Shown here: in pieces, positions 50,789-62,208 of the stretch
Numbering within the stretch: position 1 is the stretch's first letter
Layout of the letters: every line of letters starts with the position of its first letter
Notes under the pieces: generated by a model
The model's input: the letters and a program-made list of their open reading frames with translations, nothing else
Told to the model about the DNA's origin: nothing
Database searches by the model: none
Translations under genes and position numbers: made by a program
Assembly: GCA_964417725.1 (NCBI GenBank)
Contig: CAYQIV010000009.1
Span: 33,849-97,848 of the forward strand
Length of the DNA: 64,000 bases
Source of the DNA: an uncultured Chromatiaceae bacterium
Lineage (GTDB): Bacteria > Pseudomonadota > Gammaproteobacteria > Steroidobacterales > GCA-2729495
Direction of reading: 5' to 3'

Positions 50789-52228
50789 TCAGCCTGGAAC
50801 AAGGACCCGCGCACAGAGCGCGATCAGCCCATCAGGAAGCAAGCCAATGACCAGCAGCAGCAACGCATTGACGCTGAGCACCAGCCGCTGGTCCAGCGGG
50901 GCGGAGCCCGTTTCGGTCCCGGTGCCGGCATCGAAGAACATCAACCGGATCACCCTCAGGTAGTAGAACGCGCCGATAACGGAAAACAGCACGGCCACGA
51001 GGGCGAGGCCGACGTGGCCGCTCTCCAGCAGCTCGGACAATACCCACCACTTGGCATAGAAACCCGCCAGCGGGGGTACGCCGATCATGCTGACCATGAC
51101 CAGCATCATCATCGTGGCGAACCATGGACTGCGGCGGGCCAGCCCCCGCAACTCGTCGATGTGCCCTGATTCGCCCCCCTGATCGCTGAGCATGACGATG
51201 ATGCCGAAGGCGGCAGCAGCCATCAGCACATAAACGAGGGTATAGAACAGCGCCGCCTGGACACCCGCCTGACCGCCGGCGACGAGGCCGAGGAGAATGA
51301 AGCCGACATGGCCGATCGTCGAGTACGCCAGCATTCGCCTGATGTGGGTCTGCGCGATCGCGACGATATTGCCAAGCGCCAGCGACAGCACCGCAAGAGA
51401 GGCCAGGGCCGGCTGCCAGACCTCACTGAGTGCCGGGAAGCCCTCGAAAAGCAGGCGCACTGCCAGCGCCAGGGCGCCCAGCTTGGGTGCTGTGCCCACG
51501 AAAAGGGTCACCGGGGCGGGCGCGCCCTCATACACATCGGCAACCCACATGTGGAAGGGCACGGCACCGAACTTGAAGGCGATTCCGGCAACGATGAACA
51601 GCACGCCGACCCACAGTGCGATGCTGGAGGACGCTGCAGCCGATGCCGCGCCGATTCCTTCGATCCCCAGCGTCCCCGTCGTGCCGTATACGAGGGACAT
51701 GCCGTACAGCAGGATCCCGGACGCGATGGCGCCCAGCACGAAATACTTCATGGCAGCCTCGGCTGCAACGGGCACGTCCCGGTTGAAAGCGACCATGGCG
51801 ACCAGCGACAAGGACAGCATCTCGAGCCCGATATAGAGAACAAGCAGATCATGGGCCGACGCGAGCACCATGATCCCGAGCAGGGCGAACAGCCCCAGCA
51901 CATAGTATTCGCCGTGGTGAAGCCCTCTCGCGCGCAGGAAGGGCCGCGAGTAGAGGAATACCGTCGCCACGGTGGCCACGGCACAGAGCTTGAGCACACG
52001 CGACAAACCGTCTGCACGATATGCCCCGCCGAAGGCCCGCAACACTTCGCCATCCGGGCTGCGCCACAGCACCCATGCAAGGATGGCGAGGAGGCTTATC
52101 GTGGCAAGGTAGGTCAAATCCCTCATCGCCGGACGCAGGAACAGGTCCAGGACCAGAACGAAGCAGATCCCGGCGGCCAGGACGATTTCTGGCCGGACCA
52201 GCAGGAGGTCAGCGCTCGTCAGGCTCAT
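50789..52228 (-). CDS. nuoN: NADH-quinone oxidoreductase subunit N
   Basis: 479 aa polytopic antiporter-like subunit, last gene of the nuo block. Confidence 0.9.
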   Translation of the reverse strand: MSLTSADLLLVRPEIVLAAGICFVLVLDLFLRPAMRDLTYLATISLLAILAWVLWRSPDGEVLRAFGGAYRADGLSRVLKLCAVATVATVFLYSRPFLRARGLHHGEYYVLGLFALLGIMVLASAHDLLVLYIGLEMLSLSLVAMVAFNRDVPVAAEAAMKYFVLGAIASGILLYGMSLVYGTTGTLGIEGIGAASAAASSSIALWVGVLFIVAGIAFKFGAVPFHMWVADVYEGAPAPVTLFVGTAPKLGALALAVRLLFEGFPALSEVWQPALASLAVLSLALGNIVAIAQTHIRRMLAYSTIGHVGFILLGLVAGGQAGVQAALFYTLVYVLMAAAAFGIIVMLSDQGGESGHIDELRGLARRSPWFATMMMLVMVSMIGVPPLAGFYAKWWVLSELLESGHVGLALVAVLFSVIGAFYYLRVIRLMFFDAGTGTETGSAPLDQRLVLSVNALLLLVIGLLPDGLIALCARVLVPG

Positions 52229-53745
52229 GGGGCCACCTTCGACTGCATGATATGGACCACAAGGTGATCAACCGACGCGGACATGACGTCGACCAGTGGC
52301 GCAGGCCACAGCCCCAGCACGAGGACGCCGGCAGCAACCAGGCCGAGAATGACCAATTCACGCGGGGATATGTCGCTGAGCGCCGCGACACCGGCGTTAG
52401 CGACCGCGCCGAAGATCACCCGCTTGACCATCCACAGGGTATAGGCGGCACCCAATATCAAGGTAAGTGCGGCCAGGAATGCGTACCAGAAGCTGGCCTT
52501 GAGCGCAGCAAGGATGACGAGAAACTCACCGACGAAGCCCGATGTGCCCGGCAAACCGGCGTTGGCCAGGGCGAAAAGCACCATCAGGGCCGCGAACCGG
52601 GGCATGGTATTGACGACACCGCCATAGTCGGCAATCTGCCGGCTGTGCAGCCGGTCATACATCACCCCTACACACAGGAACAAGGCCCCGGAGATGAAAC
52701 CATGCGAGACCATCTGGACCATCGCGCCCGAGATCCCCATGGCCACGCCAGAGGTCGAACCCGTGCTGTCAACAACGTCCCAGGCGATGAACAAGCCGAG
52801 GGTGACAAAACCCATGTGCGCAATCGAGGAATAGGCGATGAGCTTTTTCATGTCCTTCTGCACCAGCGCCACCAGACCGATGTAGACGACGGCGACCAGG
52901 GACAGGGTGATGACCAGACCGGCCAACACCTGGCTGGCATCAGGTGTGATCGGCAGACTGAAACGCACGAAGCCGTAGCCGCCCATCTTGAGGAGCACCG
53001 CGGCCAGGACGACAGAGCCACCGGTAGGTGCCTCGACGTGGGCATCGGGCAACCATGTGTGGACGGGCCACATCGGCACCTTGACGGCGAAGGCGGCGAG
53101 AAATGCCGTAAAGAGCCACAACTGCTCCGTCATGCCGAGGGGCAGCGCATGGAAATCGAGGATGCTGTAGGAGCCGGCCTGCAGGTACAGGTAAACCAGC
53201 GCCACGAGCATGAAAACCGAACCCAGGAAGGTGTAAAGAAAGAACTTGACCGTGGCATACACGCGCCGTTCACCACCCCAGACGCCGATGATGATGAACA
53301 TCGGCACGAGCATCGCCTCCCAGAAGACGTAGAACAGCAAGCCATCGAGCGCAGCAAAAACGCCGATCATCAAACCTTCCAGCATGAGGAAGGCCGCGCA
53401 ATACTGCGCCACCCGGCTGGTGACCGCACTCCAGCCCGCCAGCAGCACCAGCGGCGTCAGGAATGTCGTCAGCATGACCAGCGGCATCGAGAACCCGTCG
53501 ATGCCGAGGAAGTACTCGACGCGGAAACGGCCGATCCACGGCACCCGCTCGACAAACTGCATCTGCGCCGTGGCCGTGTCGAAGGCCGTCCACAACGGCA
53601 GGCTGATGGCGAAGGCGACGACCGAGACGGCGAGCGCGAACATCTTCGCGCCTTGCTGGCCCCCATCCCGCGGCCTGAGGCCGGCCAGCAGAAGCAGCAG
53701 CCCGCCGGCGACCGGCAACCAGATGAGTGTGCTGAGTATTCCCAC
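52225..53745 (-). CDS. nuoM: NADH-quinone oxidoreductase subunit M
   Basis: 506 aa antiporter-like subunit. 4-nt overlap with nuoN. Confidence 0.9.
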   Translation of the reverse strand: MGILSTLIWLPVAGGLLLLLAGLRPRDGGQQGAKMFALAVSVVAFAISLPLWTAFDTATAQMQFVERVPWIGRFRVEYFLGIDGFSMPLVMLTTFLTPLVLLAGWSAVTSRVAQYCAAFLMLEGLMIGVFAALDGLLFYVFWEAMLVPMFIIIGVWGGERRVYATVKFFLYTFLGSVFMLVALVYLYLQAGSYSILDFHALPLGMTEQLWLFTAFLAAFAVKVPMWPVHTWLPDAHVEAPTGGSVVLAAVLLKMGGYGFVRFSLPITPDASQVLAGLVITLSLVAVVYIGLVALVQKDMKKLIAYSSIAHMGFVTLGLFIAWDVVDSTGSTSGVAMGISGAMVQMVSHGFISGALFLCVGVMYDRLHSRQIADYGGVVNTMPRFAALMVLFALANAGLPGTSGFVGEFLVILAALKASFWYAFLAALTLILGAAYTLWMVKRVIFGAVANAGVAALSDISPRELVILGLVAAGVLVLGLWPAPLVDVMSASVDHLVVHIMQSKVAP

Positions 53746-53764
53746 TTCGACCCCTGTTTCGTCG

Positions 53765-55723
53765 TCAGGCGAGCAGCAGCAGCCAGCCCACCAGGACTGC
53801 CAGCCCGAAAATCATCGCAAAGGCATAGTCATACAGGTATCCCGACTGCACCAGGCGCAGGAGTCGTGACAGCCAGCCGACAACCCGCGCGCTGCCATTG
53901 ACGAACAGTCCGTCGATCACACCGGCATCGGCATAACGCCATAACACCTTGCCGAGGCCAACACTGCCGTCGGCCAGCACGCGCTGGTTGAACGCATCAA
54001 GGTAGTACTTGTTGACCAGCAAGGTGTGAATGGGCGCCAAGCGTCCAGCGAGCGCCTCGGCAATCGCCGGGCGCCGCACGCAGGCATACCAGGCCACCAG
54101 CGCACCGGCCAGCGCCAGATATGGCACCGGCGCCGAGAACGCATGCATCACATAGGCCGCGGGCCCGTGGTAACCCGCCGCCATGTGTGCAAGGACCGCG
54201 TTCGCCTCCCGGACCACTATTGCCGTGCCAAAGCCGCTGCCGAAGACCACGTCACTGACCGTAAACCAGCCGATGATCACCGAGGGGATGGCCAACATCA
54301 CCAGCGGGATCGTCACGACCAGCGGCGATTCGTGGAGATGGCTGCGGGTGTGCTCGTCCATGCGTTCACGGCCATGGAAAACCAGGAAGAACATGCGGAA
54401 GGAATAAAGGGCCGTGACGAAAACCCCGATCAGGAGGCACCACCAGGCATAGGTCGCGCCGGTCTGGCTCGAGTGCCCGACGGCTTCGATCAGCGCATCC
54501 TTGGAGAAGAAACCCGAGAAACCCGGAAAGCCGATCAGCGAAAGCGTGCCAATGAGGCTCGTCCAGTAGGTCACTGGCATGTATTTGCGAAGCCCGCCCA
54601 TCTTGCGGATATCCTGCTCGTGATGCATGCCGATGATCACCGAGCCGGCGGCCAGGAACAGCAACGCCTTGAAAAACGCATGCGTCATCAGGTGGAAGAC
54701 GCCTGCGGCATAGGCCGATGCGCCCAGCGCAACGGTCATGTACCCCAACTGGGAAAGGGTCGAGTACGCCACCACCCGCTTGATGTCGTTCTGGACCACG
54801 CCCAAGAACCCGGTAAAAAGCGCCGTCGTCGCCCCGACCACCATGACGACACCGAGCGCCGTGGCAGACCACTCGAACAGCGGTGACATCCGCGCCACCA
54901 TGAACACGCCCGCCGTGACCATCGTGGCCGCGTGGATCAGCGCCGAGATCGGCGTCGGGCCTTCCATCGAGTCCGGCAGCCAGACGTGCAATGGCATCTG
55001 CGCCGACTTGCCCATCGCGCCGATGAACAGCAGGATGCACCCTGCCGTGAGCACGGACCATTCACCGAATCCGGGAACCTTCATCGTGGCGTCGGCCAGC
55101 CCGGGCGCGCTGGCGAAGACGGCAGCGTAGTCGAGGCTCCCGGAATACATCAGGAACACTGCGATACCGAGCAGGAAGCCGAAATCCCCTACCCGATTGA
55201 CGAGAAATGCCTTCATGTTGGCGAAGATCGCCGTGGGCCGGGTGTACCAGAAACCGATCAACAGGTATGAAACGACGCCGACGGCCTCCCAGCCGAAAAA
55301 CAGCTGCAGGAAATTGTTGGCCATCACGAGCGTCAGCATCGCGAAGGTGAACAGCGAGATATAACTGAAAAACCGCTGGTAGCCCGGGTCATCGTGCATG
55401 TAGCCGATGGTATAGATGTGCACCATCAGCGAAACTGACGTGACGACCCCCATCATCAGCGCCGTCAGCCGGTCGACGAGAAAGCCGACCTCCATGGTGA
55501 CCCCGTCGACAACGGCCCATGTGTAGACCGAGCCGTTGAACGCCGGTGCATCATCAAACCACTGAGCCTTGATGACGAGCAGCGACAGCGCGAACGACAA
55601 CGCAACCCCACCGATGGTGACCCAATGGGCACCCGATCGGCCGATCTGACGGCCGAACAGCCCGGCGACGAGGGCGGCGATGAGCGGCGCAAGGACGATT
55701 GCAAGATATATCCGTTCCATCAT
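53765..55723 (-). CDS. nuoL: NADH-quinone oxidoreductase subunit L
   Basis: Start at ATG 55723 or 55720 (MMERIYLAIVLAPLIAALVAGLFG), immediately after the nuoK stop. About 650 aa. Confidence 0.9.
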   Translation of the reverse strand: MMERIYLAIVLAPLIAALVAGLFGRQIGRSGAHWVTIGGVALSFALSLLVIKAQWFDDAPAFNGSVYTWAVVDGVTMEVGFLVDRLTALMMGVVTSVSLMVHIYTIGYMHDDPGYQRFFSYISLFTFAMLTLVMANNFLQLFFGWEAVGVVSYLLIGFWYTRPTAIFANMKAFLVNRVGDFGFLLGIAVFLMYSGSLDYAAVFASAPGLADATMKVPGFGEWSVLTAGCILLFIGAMGKSAQMPLHVWLPDSMEGPTPISALIHAATMVTAGVFMVARMSPLFEWSATALGVVMVVGATTALFTGFLGVVQNDIKRVVAYSTLSQLGYMTVALGASAYAAGVFHLMTHAFFKALLFLAAGSVIIGMHHEQDIRKMGGLRKYMPVTYWTSLIGTLSLIGFPGFSGFFSKDALIEAVGHSSQTGATYAWWCLLIGVFVTALYSFRMFFLVFHGRERMDEHTRSHLHESPLVVTIPLVMLAIPSVIIGWFTVSDVVFGSGFGTAIVVREANAVLAHMAAGYHGPAAYVMHAFSAPVPYLALAGALVAWYACVRRPAIAEALAGRLAPIHTLLVNKYYLDAFNQRVLADGSVGLGKVLWRYADAGVIDGLFVNGSARVVGWLSRLLRLVQSGYLYDYAFAMIFGLAVLVGWLLLLA

Positions 55724-55724
55724 C

Positions 55725-56030
55725 TCAACCCTTGAGGGTGTCCAGTCGTTCGACGTTGATGTCGCGACGGCCACGGAACAGGATCACGAGGATGGCAAGG
55801 CCGATGGCCGCCTCGGCAGCCGCCACCGTAAGAACGAAAAAGACAAAAACCTGTCCCGCCATATCATCGAGATAGCGTGAAAAGGCGATGAAGTTGAAAT
55901 TCACCGCGAGAAGCATGAGCTCGACGCACATGAGCAGCACGATGATGTTCTTCCTGTTGAGGAAAATGCCGGCCGCACCGATGGCAAACAGCAGCGCCGA
56001 CAGCGTCAGGTAATGGGCCAGCGTGATCAT
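55725..56030 (-). CDS. nuoK: NADH-quinone oxidoreductase subunit K
   Basis: 101 aa with three transmembrane helices, in the conserved position. Confidence 0.9.
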   Translation of the reverse strand: MITLAHYLTLSALLFAIGAAGIFLNRKNIIVLLMCVELMLLAVNFNFIAFSRYLDDMAGQVFVFFVLTVAAAEAAIGLAILVILFRGRRDINVERLDTLKG

Positions 56031-56629
56031 GACTCCTTCTCCGCCGGCACGCGCACCAGGCGCACGCGGTCGGCGCGCCGGACGGCCACCTGGGCTGAAA
56101 TGTCCTGGACCTTCAAGCCGGGGCGCTTGCGCATGGTCAGAACGATGGCTGCGACGATCGCCAGCAGCAGCAGCATCGCCGCCAGTTCGAAGGGATACAG
56201 GTATTCGGTATAGAGGCTGACGCCCAACGCCGTGGTGTTGCTGTAGTCGGCGGGGCGCGGGGTCAGGATCTCGCTGACCGGCAAGCCACTGTCGCGGAAC
56301 CAGATGACGAAACCGAGTTCCACGACGATGATCCCGGCCACGATCGCGGCAAGCGGGGCATGTCGCACCATGCCCGCACGCAAGGTCGCCGCGTCGATAT
56401 CGAGCATCATGACGACAAAAAGGAACAACACCATCACCGCGCCCACGTAAACCAGCACCAGGGTAATGGCGAGAAACTCCGCTTCAAGCAGCATCCAGAG
56501 AAAGGCACTGCTGACGAAAGCCAGCACCAGCAGCAACACGGCGTGCACGGGATTGCGCACCGTAATGACACCGACGGCCGCGGCAATCAGCACGGCCGCC
56601 GCACCGTAGAAAACGATATTGGCCAACAT
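56027..56629 (-). CDS. nuoJ: NADH-quinone oxidoreductase subunit J
   Basis: 200 aa membrane subunit. 4-nt overlap with nuoK. Confidence 0.9.
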   Translation of the reverse strand: MLANIVFYGAAAVLIAAAVGVITVRNPVHAVLLLVLAFVSSAFLWMLLEAEFLAITLVLVYVGAVMVLFLFVVMMLDIDAATLRAGMVRHAPLAAIVAGIIVVELGFVIWFRDSGLPVSEILTPRPADYSNTTALGVSLYTEYLYPFELAAMLLLLAIVAAIVLTMRKRPGLKVQDISAQVAVRRADRVRLVRVPAEKES

Positions 56630-56690
56630 GTCTTTCCCCCGGCAGACCCGCGTCAGCGCGGGCCGCCGATCACCTCCCCTCTGGTATGCG

Positions 56691-57179
56691 TCAGCGGTAA
56701 GGCGCGTCCGCCGCCTTATCTGCGGCGATCATCGCCTCGTGCCGGTCACCCACCGCCAACAGCTTGTCCTTGGTCATGATGTTCTCGCCACGGTTCTCCA
56801 TGTGGTACTCGAAGATCCGCGTCTCGACGATCGCATCCACCGGGCAGGCCTCTTCGCAGAACCCGCAGTAGATGCACTTGAAAAGATCGATGTCGTAACG
56901 TGTCGTGCGGCGCGTGCCGTCATCGGCCACCGTCGATTCGATGGTGATTGCAGCAGCCGGACACACCGCCTGGCACAGCTTGCAGGCGATGCAGCGTTCT
57001 TCGCCGTTCGGGTAGCGACGCAAGGCGTGCAGGCCGCGGAAGCGCGGCGACTGCGGCGTCTTCTCCTCCGGGTACCGCACCGTAACCTTGCGCACGAACA
57101 GATTGCGCAGCGTGACGCGCAAGCCCTTCAGGAGCTCCCACAGCAGGAATGTCTTGGCGTTTGCGTTGAAAAAACCCAT
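56691..57179 (-). CDS. nuoI: NADH-quinone oxidoreductase subunit I
   Basis: ATG at 57179. Two 4Fe-4S motifs ([12 protein letters not shown] and [12 protein letters not shown]). Confidence 0.9.
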   Translation of the reverse strand: MGFFNANAKTFLLWELLKGLRVTLRNLFVRKVTVRYPEEKTPQSPRFRGLHALRRYPNGEERCIACKLCQAVCPAAAITIESTVADDGTRRTTRYDIDLFKCIYCGFCEEACPVDAIVETRIFEYHMENRGENIMTKDKLLAVGDRHEAMIAADKAADAPYR

Positions 57180-57195
57180 CGGCTCGACCTGCAGG

Positions 57196-58269
57196 TCAGG
57201 TGCTCCACGGGCCGATGCCGGCCAGTGCCATTGCACCTTCGAGGAAAATCCAGACGATCGTCACCGGAATGAACACTTTCCACCCCAGGCGCATGATCTG
57301 GTCATAGCGGTAACGCGGGAACGTCGCCCGGAACCACAGAAAGCAGAACAGGAAGAAACTCACCTTGAATGCGAGCCAGTGAAGCCCGGGCTCGCGCAGG
57401 ATGGCCAGCGGGGTGCCGTCGAGCAGGGCGAAGGCATCCCCCGCGAAAAATGACTGCCATCCCCCGAGGAACATCACCGCGGTCAGTGCCGAGATGAGGA
57501 TCATGTTGGCGTACTCGGCAAGGAAGAACACCGCGAACGCGACACCCGAATACTCGACATGGAAACCGGCGACGATCTCCGACTCACCCTCGGCGACATC
57601 AAACGGCGCACGGTTGGTCTCGGCCAGTCCGGAAATGAAATAAACGATGAAAAGCGGGAACAGCGGCAGCCAGAACCAGTGCATGACCCCGCCGGCCTGG
57701 GCCTCGACGATACGGCCGAGGTTAAGGCTGCCGCCCGCCATCAGAACGCCGACCAGGGCGAAACCCATGGCGATTTCATAGGCCACCATCTGCGCTGCCG
57801 AGCGCATGGCACCGAGCAGTGCGTACTTCGAATTGGATGCCCAACCGGCGATGATCACGCCATAGACGCTGAGCGACGTCAGGGCGAGCACGTAAAGCAG
57901 ACCGGCATCGATCGATGCGATCGAGAACCCCGGAAACAGCGGGATCACGGCCCACGCCGCCAATGCAGGCACGATCGACAGCAGCGGTGCCAGCAGGAAA
58001 AGGTAGCGGTTCGAACGGGCCGGGATGATCACTTCCTTGACGATCAGCTTGATGGTATCGGCAAAGGGCTGCAGCAGACCCCGCGGGCCGACACGGTTGG
58101 GCCCGATGCGGTTCTGCATGAAGCCGATGATCTTGCGCTCGAGCAGCGTCAGGAACGCGACGCAGATGATGAGCACGAAGGTCACCAGGCCGATCTGGAC
58201 CACAGTGACCAGGAGCGCCTGCATCCAGGGCGGCAGGAAGGGCAGGAACTGTTCGATGAATGTGATCAC
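57196..58269 (-). CDS. nuoH: NADH-quinone oxidoreductase subunit H
   Basis: 357 aa. [30 protein letters not shown]. Confidence 0.9.
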   Translation of the reverse strand: MITFIEQFLPFLPPWMQALLVTVVQIGLVTFVLIICVAFLTLLERKIIGFMQNRIGPNRVGPRGLLQPFADTIKLIVKEVIIPARSNRYLFLLAPLLSIVPALAAWAVIPLFPGFSIASIDAGLLYVLALTSLSVYGVIIAGWASNSKYALLGAMRSAAQMVAYEIAMGFALVGVLMAGGSLNLGRIVEAQAGGVMHWFWLPLFPLFIVYFISGLAETNRAPFDVAEGESEIVAGFHVEYSGVAFAVFFLAEYANMILISALTAVMFLGGWQSFFAGDAFALLDGTPLAILREPGLHWLAFKVSFFLFCFLWFRATFPRYRYDQIMRLGWKVFIPVTIVWIFLEGAMALAGIGPWST

Positions 58270-58280
58270 GGCGATGGCAC

Positions 58281-60368
58281 TCAGGCTGTCCGGCGCAGGA
58301 TGCCGCCGGCAACGGCAGACGCCCGCTGGTGCAACGCCGTGGCACGGCGGACCACGGGGTCGACACCATGCATCGGCACCGCCATACCCATCGCTTCGAG
58401 GTGCCCCGACGCGACCGCCGGCTCACCGACAGGCAGCCATCGGCCGACGGCCACCTCGCCGATGGCCTGGCGCGCCTCATCGAGCACTTGCGCGGCCGAT
58501 TCGTGTCCGAAGCCAGGCTGGTCCAGCAGGTTGCCCAGCACGCGCAGCACCTTCCAGGCTGGCCGACTCTCACCGACCGGCGTCGCGGCGCCCTCGAAGA
58601 CCTGCCAGCGGCCCTCCGCGTTGACATAGGTGCCGGCCGTTTCGGCAAAGGTGCCGATGGGCAGAATGACGTGCGCCTGGGCCCGCAAGGCCAGCGTATC
58701 GTAGGAAGACAGCGACACGACGAACTCGCCAGGCACCTCGGGCGCCCCGGCCACATCGAAGGCCGGCTCGATGTTGAGCATCAGCAGGCCGGCGGGCGGG
58801 CGGGCACGCATGGCCCCGGCATCCATGCCCGGTGCCGGGGCGGGCCGGCCGCCGGCCAGGCGATGGGGCAGCACGCCGGCCAGGGACAGCCCCGCCGAGT
58901 TGGCCCCCTCGGTGATGAGACCGAGCGTGGCACCGGTGTCGGCCGCCAGGCGCGCGGCCAGCTGGCGGATGCCGGCATACTGCGTGTGCCGCAACGCGAT
59001 ATGCCCGAGCAGGATCAGGGCGGCACCGTCGCCCTGCAGGGCTTCGGGCAGCGCCCCGCCAACCGCCTGCCTCAGCCCGGCGAGGAGGTCCGGCCCGGTG
59101 ACATGCTGTGCATGCACCGGGAACAGCATCGGGAACGCGTCCGGATTGATGAAGCAGACCTTCGCCCCGGCCAGCGCCGCCTTGCGCACGCGGTGCGCCA
59201 GCAGGGGCACTTCGTGGCGCAGGTCGGAACCGATGATGACGATTGCGGCCTGCCGCTCGACGGCGGCCAGGGACACGCCGAGCCCGGGGCATGAAGCGTC
59301 CTCGTCCTGGCCGCGGAAATCACGCTGGCGGAGCCGATGATCGATGTGGGCCGAACCGAGCGCGCGCCACAGCTTCTGCAGCAGGTAGCCCTCCTCCAGC
59401 GTCGCCGAAGGCGATACCCATGCACCGAGCCCGGCAGGGCGCCGTGCGGCGTCCTGGAGCCCGCTGGCGGCGGCTGCGAGGGCCTCTTCCCAGCCGGTCT
59501 CGCGCCAGCCACCGGCTTCGCGCAGCAGCGGGCGCTGGAGCCGGTCGGCGGCATAGATGCCTTCGTAACTGAAGCGGTCCCGGTCCGAGAGCCAGGTTTC
59601 ATTGACCGCCTCGTTGACCCGCGGCACGACCCGTTTGACCCGACCGAGCAGCACGTGGGCGGCCATGTTTGAGCCGAGGCAATCGTGCGGACTGATGAGG
59701 GGTCGGGCCTGCATCTCCCAGGCACGCGCACTGAACCGGAACGGCTTGCTGTTCAGCGCGCCGACCGGACACAGGTCGATGATGTTGCCGGACAGTTCAT
59801 GGTCGACCGTCGCCTCGATGAAGGTGCTGATCTGCATGCGGTCGCCACGGCCGATCACGCCGAGTTCCTGGATGCCGGCGATCTCCTGACCGAACCGCAC
59901 GCAGCGCGTGCAATGGATGCAGCGGGTCATGTCGGTCGAGATCAACGGGCCGATATTCTTGTCGGCGACGACACGCTTGCGTTCGCTGAAGCGGGCGATG
60001 TCACGCCCGTAGCCCATGGCGAGGTCCTGCAGCTCGCACTCTCCACCCTGGTCGCAGATCGGGCAATCCAGCGGGTGGTTGATGAGCAGGAACTCCATGG
60101 TGGCACGCTGCGCGGCGATGGCTTTCGGCGAGCGGGTCAGCACCTTCATGCCCGGCGTCACCGGAGTCGCACAGGCCGGCAGGGGCTTGGGCACGTTGGC
60201 CACCTCGACCAGGCACATGCGGCAGTTGGCCGCGATCGAAAGCTTGTCGTGGTAACAGAAGCGCGGCACATAGATGCCGGCGCGGTCGGTCACGGCAATC
60301 AGCATTTCGCCCGGACGGGCATCCAGTGTCTCGCCATTGACCTCGATGTTGATGCTGCCGTCGCTCAT
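58281..60368 (-). CDS. nuoG: NADH-quinone oxidoreductase subunit G
   Basis: 695 aa. N-terminal 2Fe-2S and 4Fe-4S cysteine clusters ([15 protein letters not shown]; [14 protein letters not shown]; [10 protein letters not shown]). Confidence 0.9.
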   Translation of the reverse strand: MSDGSINIEVNGETLDARPGEMLIAVTDRAGIYVPRFCYHDKLSIAANCRMCLVEVANVPKPLPACATPVTPGMKVLTRSPKAIAAQRATMEFLLINHPLDCPICDQGGECELQDLAMGYGRDIARFSERKRVVADKNIGPLISTDMTRCIHCTRCVRFGQEIAGIQELGVIGRGDRMQISTFIEATVDHELSGNIIDLCPVGALNSKPFRFSARAWEMQARPLISPHDCLGSNMAAHVLLGRVKRVVPRVNEAVNETWLSDRDRFSYEGIYAADRLQRPLLREAGGWRETGWEEALAAAASGLQDAARRPAGLGAWVSPSATLEEGYLLQKLWRALGSAHIDHRLRQRDFRGQDEDASCPGLGVSLAAVERQAAIVIIGSDLRHEVPLLAHRVRKAALAGAKVCFINPDAFPMLFPVHAQHVTGPDLLAGLRQAVGGALPEALQGDGAALILLGHIALRHTQYAGIRQLAARLAADTGATLGLITEGANSAGLSLAGVLPHRLAGGRPAPAPGMDAGAMRARPPAGLLMLNIEPAFDVAGAPEVPGEFVVSLSSYDTLALRAQAHVILPIGTFAETAGTYVNAEGRWQVFEGAATPVGESRPAWKVLRVLGNLLDQPGFGHESAAQVLDEARQAIGEVAVGRWLPVGEPAVASGHLEAMGMAVPMHGVDPVVRRATALHQRASAVAGGILRRTA

Positions 60369-61678
60369 GCGCGCGTTGCCTGCTGCTCACGGTCCCCGAT
60401 GATGGAACGCCCGCCGTTGGCGATCATGTAGGCGAATTCCTCGGCGAAATGCCTGAGGAAACTCTGCACTGGCCACGCGGCGGCATCGCCCAGTGCGCAG
60501 ATCGTGTGGCCTTCGATACGGTTCGCCACCTCGACCAGCAGTTGCTGGTCCTCCGGGCGACCGTGGCCATCGATGATTCGCGTCAGCATGCGATAGAGCC
60601 AGCCGGTGCCTTCGCGGCACGGCGTGCACTGACCACAGGACTCGGCCCAATAGAAACGTGAAATGCGGCGCAACGCCCTGACCATGCAGGTCGTTTCATC
60701 CATGACGATGACCGCGCCCGTGCCGAAGGACGTGCCGATGGCCTTCAGCCCGTTGTAGTCCATCGTCGCATCGAGGATCGCCGCCGCGGGCACGACCGGC
60801 ACCGAGGAACCACCCGGGATCACCGCCTTCAGCGCCCGCCCGCCACGCACACCGCCCGCCAGATCGAGCAGGTCGCGAAAGGGAATGCCCATCGGCAATT
60901 CGAAGTTGCCCGGCCGGTTGACATGGCCGCTGACCGAGAACAGGGCGGTGCCCCCGGAAGCCTCCGGCCCCAGGCCGGCGAACCATGCCGGCCCCTTGCG
61001 CAGGATGGTCGGAACGGAGGCAAAGGATTGCGTGTTGTTGATGGTCGTCGGCCGGCCGTAGAGACCGCAGGCCGCCGGGAATGGCGGCTTGAACCGCGGC
61101 CGGCCCGGCTTGCCCTCGAGGGATTCCAGCAGGCCCGTCTCCTCACCGCAGATATAGGCACCGGCGCCGACGAACGCATGCAGGTCGAAATCGATGCCGG
61201 AACCTTTGAGGTTGCGGCCCAGCAAGCCGGCCGCATAGGCCTCCGACAGGGCTTCCTCGAATCGCGGAACCGGCTCATCCATGAATTCACCGCGGATGTA
61301 GTTGTAGCCGACCGTCGCACCCATCGCATAGCCGCCGATGGCCATGCCCTCGATGACGGCATGCGGGTTGTAGCGCAGAATGTCGCGGTCGTGGCAGGTG
61401 CCGGGCTCGCTTTCATCGGAGTTGCACACCACGTACTTCTGGCCGGGTGCATCCTTGGGCATGAAGCCCCACTTGACGCCGGTCGGAAAGCCAGCCCCAC
61501 CCCGCCCCCGGAGGCCGGCGGCCTTGACGCCTTCGATCACCTGCTCACGGGTCATGGCGCCGGCCAGGATCTTTTCCCAGACATCGTAGCCACCGAGGCG
61601 GCGGTAGGTATCGATGCTGGCCGGGCGTTCATGGCCCAGCGTCTGGAAACACACGAGGTTCTGCGGATATTCCTTCAT
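60365..61678 (-). CDS. nuoF: NADH-quinone oxidoreductase subunit F
   Basis: 437 aa. GLRGRGGAGFPTGVKW (FMN/NADH site) and ESCGQCTPCREG. Confidence 0.9.
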   Translation of the reverse strand: MKEYPQNLVCFQTLGHERPASIDTYRRLGGYDVWEKILAGAMTREQVIEGVKAAGLRGRGGAGFPTGVKWGFMPKDAPGQKYVVCNSDESEPGTCHDRDILRYNPHAVIEGMAIGGYAMGATVGYNYIRGEFMDEPVPRFEEALSEAYAAGLLGRNLKGSGIDFDLHAFVGAGAYICGEETGLLESLEGKPGRPRFKPPFPAACGLYGRPTTINNTQSFASVPTILRKGPAWFAGLGPEASGGTALFSVSGHVNRPGNFELPMGIPFRDLLDLAGGVRGGRALKAVIPGGSSVPVVPAAAILDATMDYNGLKAIGTSFGTGAVIVMDETTCMVRALRRISRFYWAESCGQCTPCREGTGWLYRMLTRIIDGHGRPEDQQLLVEVANRIEGHTICALGDAAAWPVQSFLRHFAEEFAYMIANGGRSIIGDREQQATRA

Positions 61679-61688
61679 GGCCGCACCC

Positions 61689-62189
61689 TCATTCCAGGCC
61701 GTCGAGGATCTCGTCGATCCGCGCCGTCGTCAGGTTTTCATGATAGCGGTGGTCGACCATCATCATCGGCGCACCACAACAGGCGGCGAGGCATTCCTCT
61801 TCCTTCTTGAGGAAGATGCGCCCGTCGGCAGTCGTCTCGCCGACCTTGACGCCGAGCTTCCGCTCGACGTGGGCCAGCATTTCCTCGCCGCCGTTGAGCA
61901 GGCACGAGATGTTGGTGCAGACGGAGACGCTGTGCCGGCCGACCGGCCGTGTCTCGAACATCGAATAGAAGGCAGCCACCTCGAACACCTGGATCGCCGG
62001 GAGGCCAAGGTAGTCGGCAACGGCCTCCATGAGCGGCGCACTGAGGTGGCCGCCGTTTTCGTGCTGGGCTGCGTGCAGCGCACCGATCACGGCAGAACGC
62101 TGGCGTCCCTCCGGAAACTTGACCACCCACGCGTCGATCTCTGCCTTGAGGTGCGCCGAGAGTTGCACTTTCCGATCGTTGCCTTCCAT
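61689..62189 (-). CDS. nuoE: NADH-quinone oxidoreductase subunit E
   Basis: ATG at 62189 (MEGNDRKVQLSAHLKAEID...). 166 aa. 2Fe-2S cysteines in VCTNISC...CLAACCGAP. Confidence 0.9.
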   Translation of the reverse strand: MEGNDRKVQLSAHLKAEIDAWVVKFPEGRQRSAVIGALHAAQHENGGHLSAPLMEAVADYLGLPAIQVFEVAAFYSMFETRPVGRHSVSVCTNISCLLNGGEEMLAHVERKLGVKVGETTADGRIFLKKEEECLAACCGAPMMMVDHRYHENLTTARIDEILDGLE

Positions 62190-62208
62190 GCGTCCCCCTC
62201 CCGTCGGC